Notes: generated from the sequence alone by a model not told the origin. A DNA stretch of 24,000 bases from Paracoccaceae bacterium (GCA_026707935.1 JAPOVX010000026.1:6559-30558); one strand, 5' to 3'. Positions 1 to 7,140 are shown, counted from the stretch's first letter. Numbers and translations are program-made.

Positions 1-7
1 GGACCAG

Positions 8-1279
8 GTGGAATCCGACCTGGTCGGCCTCAGGTCAGCGATGAATTTCAACGAGGCAATGGCCGTGCGGCGCGACTGGGAGGCTCTCGAGACCCGGGCG
101 AAGAACGACGGAACGCTGCCCTGCTACGTGGAAGGCCATGACGAGCTGATCTCCCGCATGGAGGCGCTCGCGGCCGATCCCTTCGTCCCCGACGAATCCG
201 CCACGATCTTCGGGCGCATCATCGACGAATGCCGGCTACAGCGGCAACGGCAGCGGCATGTCCGGGAATTCACGGAACGGGTCGTTCGCAGCCGGAGCGG
301 GCGCTCGGCCCTCTTCCGGGACGCCGGCCCCGCCGTCCGGCACCTGCCTCAGCAGCGAAGAGCGTATTCCGTCTGGCGGCGGGAGGCCGATGACCTGCAC
401 GGCCTGGGCGACCGGATGTCGCGGGAGGGAGCGGCCTGGGAACCGCATCTCGCGGCCGTCCGCTCGAGCCTTGACACTCTCCGGTCGTGGCTGGTGCGGC
501 TGACGGAGATGTTCCGACGTGACGACCAGGTGCTTTCCTGGGCCGAAGAGGATGTCGGACACGACCCCGGCGGGCGCGCCGCCGATGCCCGGTATTCGAT
601 CCGCGCGGCCGGTGACCTCGTTCCCGGGGACCGGATCCGCTGGACCGACGATCGCGATGGCACTCCGAAGATCCGGGAAGACCTGGTCGTCGGGCTCAGG
701 CCCGGACGTGGCGATTCCGGCGACGTGTTCGAGATCCAGGAAGGATCGGGGCGGTACGTTCCCATTCTCGTGCCGAGACCCATCCGTGCCAGGGATCTCT
801 TCAGGGGCAATGTCCACCGCCAGCCCTGGCCCGACGAAGACATGCGGGAAGACATGCGGCCCGAAGCCGTGGGGCCGTTTTCCATTGCCTGCGGGACGGA
901 AGGCGGGATCGCCGCCAGGGTGCCGGACGAAGGCCGTATCGTTCCGGGCGACCGGATCCGCTGGATCGAGATGGTGCGGGGCGACAGCCGGGACGGCACA
1001 GACGGCGTACGCGCGGTCGTGGCAGACGTCATCTCCGTCGAGCCTGGGACCGAACCGGCATCGGACCGCATCCGCTTCAGGGTGCTTGGCTCGACGGGCA
1101 CCGAAGCGTTCCCCGAGGGAACCGAACGGGAAACCAGTCTCCGTTTACTCTCCCAGGCAGGAAGAGTTCACAGGGCCGGCTGGGCCAGCGAGGGAGATCG
1201 CGGGATCAGGCTGGGGGAACTGGAAAAGCTGAGGGCAATCGAGATCGACAGGTCGCGGGGGTTCGGGATGTCGATGTAG
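8..1279 (+). CDS. hypothetical protein, possibly 5'-partial (frame stays open to the window edge); contains two copies of a VPGDRIRW-containing module
   Basis: 423-aa ORF with GC-rich third codon positions. The antisense ORFs over it look like high-GC shadows. VPGDRIRW is at aa 205-212 (nt 620-643) and aa 312-319 (nt 941-964), with an identical 16-nt core gaccggatccgctgga. No family recognised by eye. Confidence 0.55.
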   Translation: MESDLVGLRSAMNFNEAMAVRRDWEALETRAKNDGTLPCYVEGHDELISRMEALAADPFVPDESATIFGRIIDECRLQRQRQRHVREFTERVVRSRSGRSALFRDAGPAVRHLPQQRRAYSVWRREADDLHGLGDRMSREGAAWEPHLAAVRSSLDTLRSWLVRLTEMFRRDDQVLSWAEEDVGHDPGGRAADARYSIRAAGDLVPGDRIRWTDDRDGTPKIREDLVVGLRPGRGDSGDVFEIQEGSGRYVPILVPRPIRARDLFRGNVHRQPWPDEDMREDMRPEAVGPFSIACGTEGGIAARVPDEGRIVPGDRIRWIEMVRGDSRDGTDGVRAVVADVISVEPGTEPASDRIRFRVLGSTGTEAFPEGTERETSLRLLSQAGRVHRAGWASEGDRGIRLGELEKLRAIEIDRSRGFGMSM

Positions 1280-1383
1280 AACCCTTGCCGTCGTGGGGTG
1301 AGGATCATTCGGCTGCTATGACCACGAACGGCACGAAGCTGCCGGACCTGTTTACCGGCGTTCCTTTTCGCTATGGTTCATGA

Positions 1384-2139
1384 ATGGCCATCCACACGAT
1401 CATGCTTCCCGCCTCCATCCACGATGGCAAACTGCGCTCGATCACCTGGAACGATGTCGAGGGCACGGTCGAAGGCGATCACAATAAAGTGGAGTACATC
1501 CGCAGAATGCTCGCCGCCGAAAAACCGGTCACCGTTGGTGATCCCGGCGGCACATGGGATCTTCGCGATCCGGCGCACGATCCGGCGGAATTCCTGACCC
1601 TCCTGTATATGGCCCACTGCCCGGTCCTCGACGAACCGCTGCGCTCGACCCTCCCGCCGGTCTTTGACGGAATCGAGATCCCGCCGCCCGACCCGGGCGA
1701 GATCCTGTACATCGACGAGGAAACGACGCCGGGAGCACGGCAGGAGATCCTTGACGACATCGCCGACGAGGACTTCGCTGCGACGCGCGCCGTGGATTTC
1801 GCCCGGACATTCAACGATGCGCTCAACCGCCTGCCGGACGAGACGGGCAGCTTCTGGCGCGGCGTGCAGCTTTCCGAGGTCGAGCAGGCGGCTTTCACGC
1901 CGGGCAGCGTGCTGACCTGGGCAGGAATCTCGACAACATCCAGGAGGAGGGGCGGGGCGTTTGCCAGCAATACCAGGTTCATCATCACGGCGCGGCGCGG
2001 AAAGGACATCCAGCCGTACTCCGCCAGGCCGCGTGCGGAAGAGGTCGTGTTCCGGCCGGGGTCGAGGTTCAGGGTCATGGGTTCGCCCAGGCGACACGGC
2101 GGGGTGCTGGAGATGGAATTGGAGGAGATCGACACATGA
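1384..2139 (+). CDS. putative ADP-ribosyltransferase-like (R-S-E type) domain protein with an unknown N-terminal half
   Basis: 251-aa ORF. The C-terminal ~100 aa carry ordered motifs: FWRG (Arg159, nt 1858-1860), ISTTS (aa 182-186) and RAEEVVFRPGSRF (Glu219/220). This resembles the Arg / S-T-S / catalytic-Glu layout of C3/VIP2/iota-type ARTs. The Arg-to-STS spacing (24 aa) is shorter than in the classical toxins, and the Q/E-x-E motif is imperfect (A-E-E). Confidence 0.45.
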   Translation: MAIHTIMLPASIHDGKLRSITWNDVEGTVEGDHNKVEYIRRMLAAEKPVTVGDPGGTWDLRDPAHDPAEFLTLLYMAHCPVLDEPLRSTLPPVFDGIEIPPPDPGEILYIDEETTPGARQEILDDIADEDFAATRAVDFARTFNDALNRLPDETGSFWRGVQLSEVEQAAFTPGSVLTWAGISTTSRRRGGAFASNTRFIITARRGKDIQPYSARPRAEEVVFRPGSRFRVMGSPRRHGGVLEMELEEIDT

Positions 2140-2453
2140 CGTTCGAGAGGCTGAATGCCGACGGAACATGGTCGAAGCTGACCGAAGAGGAGGCCCGTGC
2201 GGAGACCTTGGCCGAGTGCGTCGCCAATCATGGCGAGACAAGGGGCAGGGAGATGTTCGAGATGCGGTGGAGTGCGCTCACCACTCCGATCACGCCCTGG
2301 GACGAACTGACCGGGAGCGAGAAGTACCTCGCCGACAAGATGCAGTCCGAGCACGAAGTCAACGCCGCCGCCGCGCGGGCCGGTCTCGCGTCGATCCTTG
2401 ACCTGCCGCCGCGCGCCGACGACGAGTTCGTTTCCCCCGACGTCCTGGTGTAG
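2136..2453 (+). CDS. small acidic hypothetical protein, translationally coupled to the ART-like gene (candidate immunity/partner)
   Basis: 105-aa ORF. Its ATG overlaps the upstream stop (ATGA at 2136-2139). It is rich in E/D. No recognisable family. Confidence 0.5.
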   Translation: MTFERLNADGTWSKLTEEEARAETLAECVANHGETRGREMFEMRWSALTTPITPWDELTGSEKYLADKMQSEHEVNAAAARAGLASILDLPPRADDEFVSPDVLV

Positions 2454-3119
2454 GGTCCCGGAACATTCTGGCTTGAAACGGCCGGTTTGTCTCACATTCC
2501 CTGAGGACATTCACCTCGATGAGACAGGGACAGCCGGGAACGAGGCGGACAGCGCCGGCAACTGCAGGAATCCACTCGTAGCCGAAGCCTGGCAGAACGG
2601 CGATACCGTCACGACGTTTGATGCCGGCTCGCTCTTGGCCTGGCGGGAATTAGACGGGCGATGGAGCGGGTTCATGAACCCCGGCGAATACCCGGCTCCC
2701 GCATGTTCCGGATGGTGCACGAGATGCCGATCTGCTTGCGGCGGTGTCGCTCGGCCCGGACCGTCGTCGGGATGGACGCCGGGCCTGCCCGTTTTGCCAA
2801 ACCCGGCCCAGCGTGAAAACGGGCTGATCGAATGGAACGGCCACACCCGGGGAGGAGTCGGAGACCACGGGCAGGACGCGATCGGTTCGACATCGACTGG
2901 AAGTTTCCTAACCCGGGGTGACGTCTCTGCGCGGACGTTTCCTGAACCCTTCGACGCGGACGCCACGGAATTCGGGAGAATCGTGGCCGATTCCGGGAGC
3001 TTCACGCGAATCCGGGTAATCCTGAAACGTGGGCGCTTGGCACGTGTTTTCCTTTCGTCCCTATCGCTCTTTCTCTTGTTCCCACCGGAATCTCTTCCGA
3101 CTTCACGGAATCCGATTCG

Positions 3120-3563
3120 TTACATGCCGCCCTCCGGAGATCGTTTTCCGGCCAGTGCCTCACGGACCTCCAGTGCCTTTTCCTCGCCGAAGGCGCGGCG
3201 GAGTTGCGTGTCCAGTTCGTTGGCCCGGCCTTCCCGCAGCAGTGCCGTGATCCGGGCCGCGCAGAGGAACCGGATGCAGCCGGGAAGCACCGTCAGCCAG
3301 GATTCTCCTCCGGAACCCGTTTCCGAGGCGCTGCCTGCCAGGCGGACGACCGCGTCGTGCATCTCCCTCTGTTCGTCGGGATCAAGCGCCTGGGCTCCCC
3401 GGGGTTTCGCATGCGGCGACGGATCGTCGGTCAGTGCGCGGCGGACGATGTGCCGCCCGACACCTTCGCCCGCGGCAGCGGCGCAGGCCCGGATTCGTTG
3501 CCATTCGTCATCGGTGCACGACATCGAATTGCTGACGACCTTCTCCTTGCGCCGCCGCCTCAT
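3120..3563 (-). CDS. ribbon-helix-helix (MobC/CopG-like) protein, paralog 3 of 3
   Basis: 147 aa. The N-terminus has a basic run then KVVSNSMSCTDDEWQRIRACAAAAGEGVGRHIVRRAL, a beta-strand/helix/helix pattern shared with the two upstream paralogs. Its start overlaps the upstream stop (ATGA at 3560-3563). A GGGAGA Shine-Dalgarno-like sequence lies upstream. Confidence 0.6.
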   Translation of the reverse strand: MRRRRKEKVVSNSMSCTDDEWQRIRACAAAAGEGVGRHIVRRALTDDPSPHAKPRGAQALDPDEQREMHDAVVRLAGSASETGSGGESWLTVLPGCIRFLCAARITALLREGRANELDTQLRRAFGEEKALEVREALAGKRSPEGGM

Positions 3564-4042
3564 GGAGGATTCTCCCGGTTCAGTTCCTCGGTAATCTCCC
3601 CGAGGAGTTCCAGTTGGGAGGGCGCTTCGGATTGCGGGGAAAGGTCGATCCGGCTTCCGGCCTTCAGTTGCCCGCGGGAAGGTTCAGCCGAGGACCTGTC
3701 CGCAGTTTTGAATTCGCCCGGAGTTGATGAATGCACCAGGAATGCCATGGCCTCGCGCATGGTGGCCGCGGTGCCCGGGATCACCGGTTCGTCCAGGAAC
3801 CGGCGGCTGTCCTCGACAAGCCGCTCAAGGACTTCCAGTTGCCGCCGCTGTTCTGCTCCAGTCAGGGCCATCGGATAACCCGCCTTCGGGTGCGGCGGTC
3901 CGTCCGGGGATTCCCCGTCAAGGACCCGCGACAGGATGAAGGCCGAGATGTCCATGTCGGCGGCCCTCGCGCTTGCCCTGATCGCCTTCCATTCCGACGG
4001 CTTGCAGGTCACGCAGCGTTGCCTGCGCTGCCGTTCACCCAT
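3560..4042 (-). CDS. ribbon-helix-helix (MobC/CopG-like) protein, paralog 2 of 3
   Basis: Start chosen at internal Met61 of the 220-aa track ORF (ATG at 4042-4040). GGGGAGG lies 6 nt upstream. The N-terminus reads MGERQRRQRCVTCKPSEWKAIRASARAADMDISAFILSRVL. It overlaps the upstream gene's stop by 8 nt. Confidence 0.6.
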   Translation of the reverse strand: MGERQRRQRCVTCKPSEWKAIRASARAADMDISAFILSRVLDGESPDGPPHPKAGYPMALTGAEQRRQLEVLERLVEDSRRFLDEPVIPGTAATMREAMAFLVHSSTPGEFKTADRSSAEPSRGQLKAGSRIDLSPQSEAPSQLELLGEITEELNRENPP

Positions 4043-4394
4043 GCCGTGCCTCCCCTGGCAGCAGGTCTTCGCAATCGAGGTATTCGGTTTCCTCCGCGAC
4101 CAGCCTGTCCCACAAGGCGGTGCCGCCCGTGTCCCGGAGCCGCTGTTCCTCGATCCGGGCGAGGACGAGCATCGCGAGCGCCATGCGCTGCTGGACGCCG
4201 GGTCGCAGGACGGGCGGGGCATCGGCGGATTCGGCGACTGCCGGTTGCCGTTCGACGGCTTGAAGAATACGCTCGACGATGAACCTGGAATTGGTCATGC
4301 CGGCGCGCCTGGCACGGCCGGTGATCATCTCCCACTCGCTGTCGGTGGTCATGATGCAGCGCTGCTTGCGCAATTCCCTGGGAAGCTTGGTCAT
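4035..4394 (-). CDS. ribbon-helix-helix (MobC/CopG-like) protein, paralog 1 of 3
   Basis: Start chosen at Met33 of the 151-aa track ORF (ATG at 4394-4392) by alignment with the paralogs: MTKLPRELRKQRCIMTTDSEWEMITGRARRAGMTNSRFIVERIL. No clear SD is present. An alternative start at 4490 cannot be excluded. Confidence 0.5.
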   Translation of the reverse strand: MTKLPRELRKQRCIMTTDSEWEMITGRARRAGMTNSRFIVERILQAVERQPAVAESADAPPVLRPGVQQRMALAMLVLARIEEQRLRDTGGTALWDRLVAEETEYLDCEDLLPGEARHG

Positions 4395-4484
4395 GGCGGG
4401 AGGTCCGGGACGGGAATTGTGGGTCGTTTTCCATCCTACAAGTGGCGGACGCTGTGGCAAGGTTGAAATGAAAACCCGGAAAAT

Positions 4485-4698
4485 ATTCATGAATCATATG
4501 CGACACATATATGCCTAGAGTGGTTTTCCCTCATGAATATTGGCGCCACCGTTTGTGCCCCAAGTGTTACTGCATGCCGGTATTAATGGAAAAATGTACT
4601 TTCATGTTGTGCCAAATCTGAACTTGATATACGTCGTAACGTGTTGTATTCATGCATGGAACCGCAGGAGAGGAAACGGTTGTTCGGGTGAATTCATG
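4485..4698. promoter_or_regulatory. AT-rich divergent intergenic region with reiterated ATTCATG motif (candidate operator or oriT-type binding array)
   Basis: ATTCATGAAT perfect palindrome at 4485-4494. TCATGAAT at 4531-4538 (ATTCATGA on the minus strand). TTTCATG at 4600-4606. ATTCATG at 4648-4654 and at 4692-4698. The array lies between the minus-strand RHH operon and the plus-strand lipase gene. Confidence 0.4.
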
Positions 4699-4930
4699 TT
4701 GAGGAAATGAAAAGATGTTCCTCACACCTTCACACCCCGCACCTGATTGGATAGGTTATTTTGGCGAGACTCCTAACTCCCGTTTACAATGCTCCCGGCG
4801 GTGCCTATCAGCCAGCCGACCAGCTATGCAGGCCGTAACGACTACACGAACAAACGGACCCTTTCTGAACACGGAACTGGTGCCTGTCCGTCGGGGCAGG
4901 CATCCGGCGACGAGACGAGGATGAAACAAG

Positions 4931-6124
4931 ATGAGCAAATCTTCCCCGCGCACCCTGGTATTCAGCTTTGATGGTACTGGAAACGAGCCGGACGACGCGA
5001 CCGGTTTCAAGCAGGACGAGAGCATTAGCAATGTTCTCAAGCTTCACGTCCTCATGGGCGGAGGTCTCGAAGAGGACAGAACTGCCACGAAGACCGGGAA
5101 GGACGATCCTCAGATAACCTGCTACTACAACGGCATCGGAACGCGTGAAGATGGAGAAACCATCCCTCTCGTAGGATGGCTCGTATCGAAGACGCGAAAA
5201 ATCGTGAACAGCACCCTCGCTCCGAGCTGGGGAGACGCTCGGAGGATCCTGAAACAGGCGTCCGAGGACTTGGAAGAGCTGAAGCCGACCCGGGACGACC
5301 GTATCGTTCTTTTCGGGTTCAGCCGGGGCGCTGCGCTCGCGCGGAAGTTTGCCAGCCGAACCCTCGCGAAAAACCCCGATCTGAAGATCTCGTTTCTGGG
5401 TGTTTTCGATACCGTGGCGGCCATGGACGGAATCCATACGCGCGGTGAGCGGATCAGCAGCGACGTTGTGTTCGAGAACGGGACGCTTCACCCGAACGTG
5501 CTCTCTGCAGTGCACATCGTCTCCCTCGATGAAGATCGCGTGGCGTTCGAGCCGACGCTCATCAACCGCGACCTGGAAAATGAAAACCGGATTACCGAGA
5601 TCTGGTTTCCGGGTGTTCACAGCGACATTGGAGGCGGATACTGGCACGACGGGCTGGCTGACGTCAGCCTGACCTACATGATCGGGATGTGCCGAAAAGC
5701 TCTCGGAGACGACATCAGCATTGTATTTCCGACGAGACAGAAAGATGTGGCCAAACTTCTTGAAGACCAGGGAGAGATCCTCGCGCTTCTTGATGTCGAC
5801 GACATTTTGGTCCATCCGAACATCATGGGCATGGTGCACCGTCACACGGCCGGGGCCGGGAAATTCCTTGAGAAAGACATGAGAAAAGTCTGCGTCAAGG
5901 AAAACGACAGGGCTGTTGCCCCCGGGGAATGCCGTCCACTCGTGCACCACTCGGTGAAGGCGCGGTTCGATCTGGTTGCCGAGTACCGTCCGTCCGCGCT
6001 GCGTGGTGTCGTGTTCGACCTCCTGGATCCGGAAGACGGAACAGGCAGGATTCCCATTTCGGGAATCTCGGGACTCCGCGAACACGACGACACCAGGAGC
6101 CGCGACGAGAAGCTGCGCGGGTAG
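4931..6124 (+). CDS. DUF2235 / T6SS Tle1-like alpha/beta-hydrolase (putative phospholipase)
   Basis: 397 aa with the family's ordered motifs: FDGTGN (aa 13-18), YYNGIGT, GFSRG (Ser131 codon at 5321-5323), VFDTVAAM, SLDEDRVAFEP and WFPGVHSDIGGGY. A GAGGA SD lies about 9 nt upstream. The gene and its upstream region are visibly less GC-rich than the neighbours. Confidence 0.85.
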   Translation: MSKSSPRTLVFSFDGTGNEPDDATGFKQDESISNVLKLHVLMGGGLEEDRTATKTGKDDPQITCYYNGIGTREDGETIPLVGWLVSKTRKIVNSTLAPSWGDARRILKQASEDLEELKPTRDDRIVLFGFSRGAALARKFASRTLAKNPDLKISFLGVFDTVAAMDGIHTRGERISSDVVFENGTLHPNVLSAVHIVSLDEDRVAFEPTLINRDLENENRITEIWFPGVHSDIGGGYWHDGLADVSLTYMIGMCRKALGDDISIVFPTRQKDVAKLLEDQGEILALLDVDDILVHPNIMGMVHRHTAGAGKFLEKDMRKVCVKENDRAVAPGECRPLVHHSVKARFDLVAEYRPSALRGVVFDLLDPEDGTGRIPISGISGLREHDDTRSRDEKLRG

Positions 6125-6636
6125 GGTCGCCCGGAATTCGAATCCAGCGAGGACATTTCGCTGCTGCTATCCCAAGGCCCCCGCATGTGTCCGGAGCCTG
6201 CGCGTTGACCACAGATGCACCGTCACATCTACCACACCTGCAGCTCCGTCGACGCTCTTCGGAAGCGGATCATCCACGAGCCGGATGATGCCCTCCTCGC
6301 ACGGCGAACGACATGCCCGAATGGGTCCTTCTGACGACGCGATTAGACATTTCTCCGCCGATCATCGTGCCGCGAGGCGTTTCTGGAGACGTACCTATCT
6401 CGGATCACGCGCCAATGCGGGCCCCGTTTCCGAAATCGAGATCAATGTTTTGTCTCTCCAGTGCCCGGACCGCTGAATTCCGGATCGAGTAATCAATGTC
6501 AGCGGGGTCGCCGTATGACAGGAGCACCGCAACGTTTCCGCGAAACCCGTCAACTGGCGGTTCCGGACCGAGGACGCCCGCATCAATCTGGAGTCTCTGT
6601 TTCCATCAATTCAATGATGTCAGGATACTAGAGGAA

Positions 6637-7117
6637 ATCACGCTTTATGTTGCGATTGACCTCAGCGGAAAGAGTTGGGTCGTCGGCGTCAAGTCACCCG
6701 GCTCCGGTAAGGTCGGCTTTCACACCTTGAAAACTTCGGATACGCGCGGCTTGTTCGCGTTGATCGAGAGGCATCGTGATGATGCTTTGAAAAAACCGGA
6801 TCCACAGTTCGGGTTCTGTGTTGCTACGAAGCCGGTTTCGAAAGATCTTGGCCGGCGCTCCGCCTGGAAAAAAATGGGTTCGAGACGATCGTTCTGGATC
6901 CGTCGAGCCTTCTGGAGAACCGCAAGGCTCGGCAGCGCAAGACGGATCGTATTGACGCGAAGAAGATGATCCGGGCGCTGCTCGCGAATGATCGGCGCGA
7001 TTCACGGGTTCTGAGCCGTGTTCGGGTTCCGAGCATTGCCGAGGAGGATCGAAAGCGATTGTTGCGCAAGTGCAAGCGGTTCGTGAAACAGCGCAAGTCA
7101 TTGACCAACAGGGTCAA
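6637..7117 (+). pseudogene. IS110-family (DEDD) transposase, N-terminal fragment, frameshifted and 3'-truncated
   Basis: ITLYVAIDLSGKSWVVGVKSP...FALIERHRDD is read in one frame. After a frameshift near 6800-6815 the sequence continues VLCCYEAGFERSWPALRLEKNGFETIVLDPSSLLENRKARQRKTDRIDAKKMIRAL...VRVPSIAEEDRKRLLR...LTNRVK. This matches the conserved N-terminal layout of IS110-family transposases. There is no nearby start codon, and similarity ends near 7117 where the intron ORF region begins. Confidence 0.7.
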
Positions 7118-7140
7118 AGAAGGTTCGGAAATTCCAGACC

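Noticed and set aside
349-2510. Long antisense or alternative-frame ORFs over the first genes (349-1101 minus, 519-1232 plus, 1378-2241 minus, 1479-2510 minus).
   Set aside because: Their compositions are typical of high-GC shadow ORFs (rich in Arg/Pro/Ser/Gly, no motifs). They fully overlap frames that have better codon-position GC bias and recognisable motifs.
2398-3594. 398-aa plus-strand ORF spanning the gap region and the antisense of the RHH gene.
   Set aside because: Its 3' two-thirds is the mirror frame of the well-supported minus-strand RHH gene (3120-3563) and has low-complexity Ser/Pro/Arg content. Only its first part is ambiguous; this is reported separately as a low-interest finding.
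4880-4902. Hairpin TGCCTG...CAGGCA about 30 nt upstream of the lipase start codon, considered as an attenuator or riboswitch element.
   Set aside because: It is a short imperfect stem with no U-run, no alternative pairing and no conserved riboswitch motif that I can recognise.
6128-6152. tRNA-like TTCGAATCC motif and hairpin just after the lipase stop codon, possibly a tRNA 3' fragment or att remnant.
   Set aside because: The flanking bases do not form a proper 5-bp T-stem around a TTCGAAT loop. There is no acceptor stem or CCA context and no other tRNA arms upstream. It is probably a fortuitous imperfect hairpin, and no U-tract makes it a convincing terminator either.
6125-6636. Protein-like minus-strand stretches (..GNVAVLLSYGDPADIDYSIRNSAVRALERQNIDLDFGNGARIGA* ending near 6407, and ..CEEGIIRLVDDPLPKSVDGAAGVVDVTVHLWS..) that could be a lipase immunity gene or other gene fragments.
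   Set aside because: They have no start codons, only moderate third-position GC bias and no recognisable family, and the frames are broken by stops. Left unannotated; a frameshift-tolerant BLASTX would settle it.
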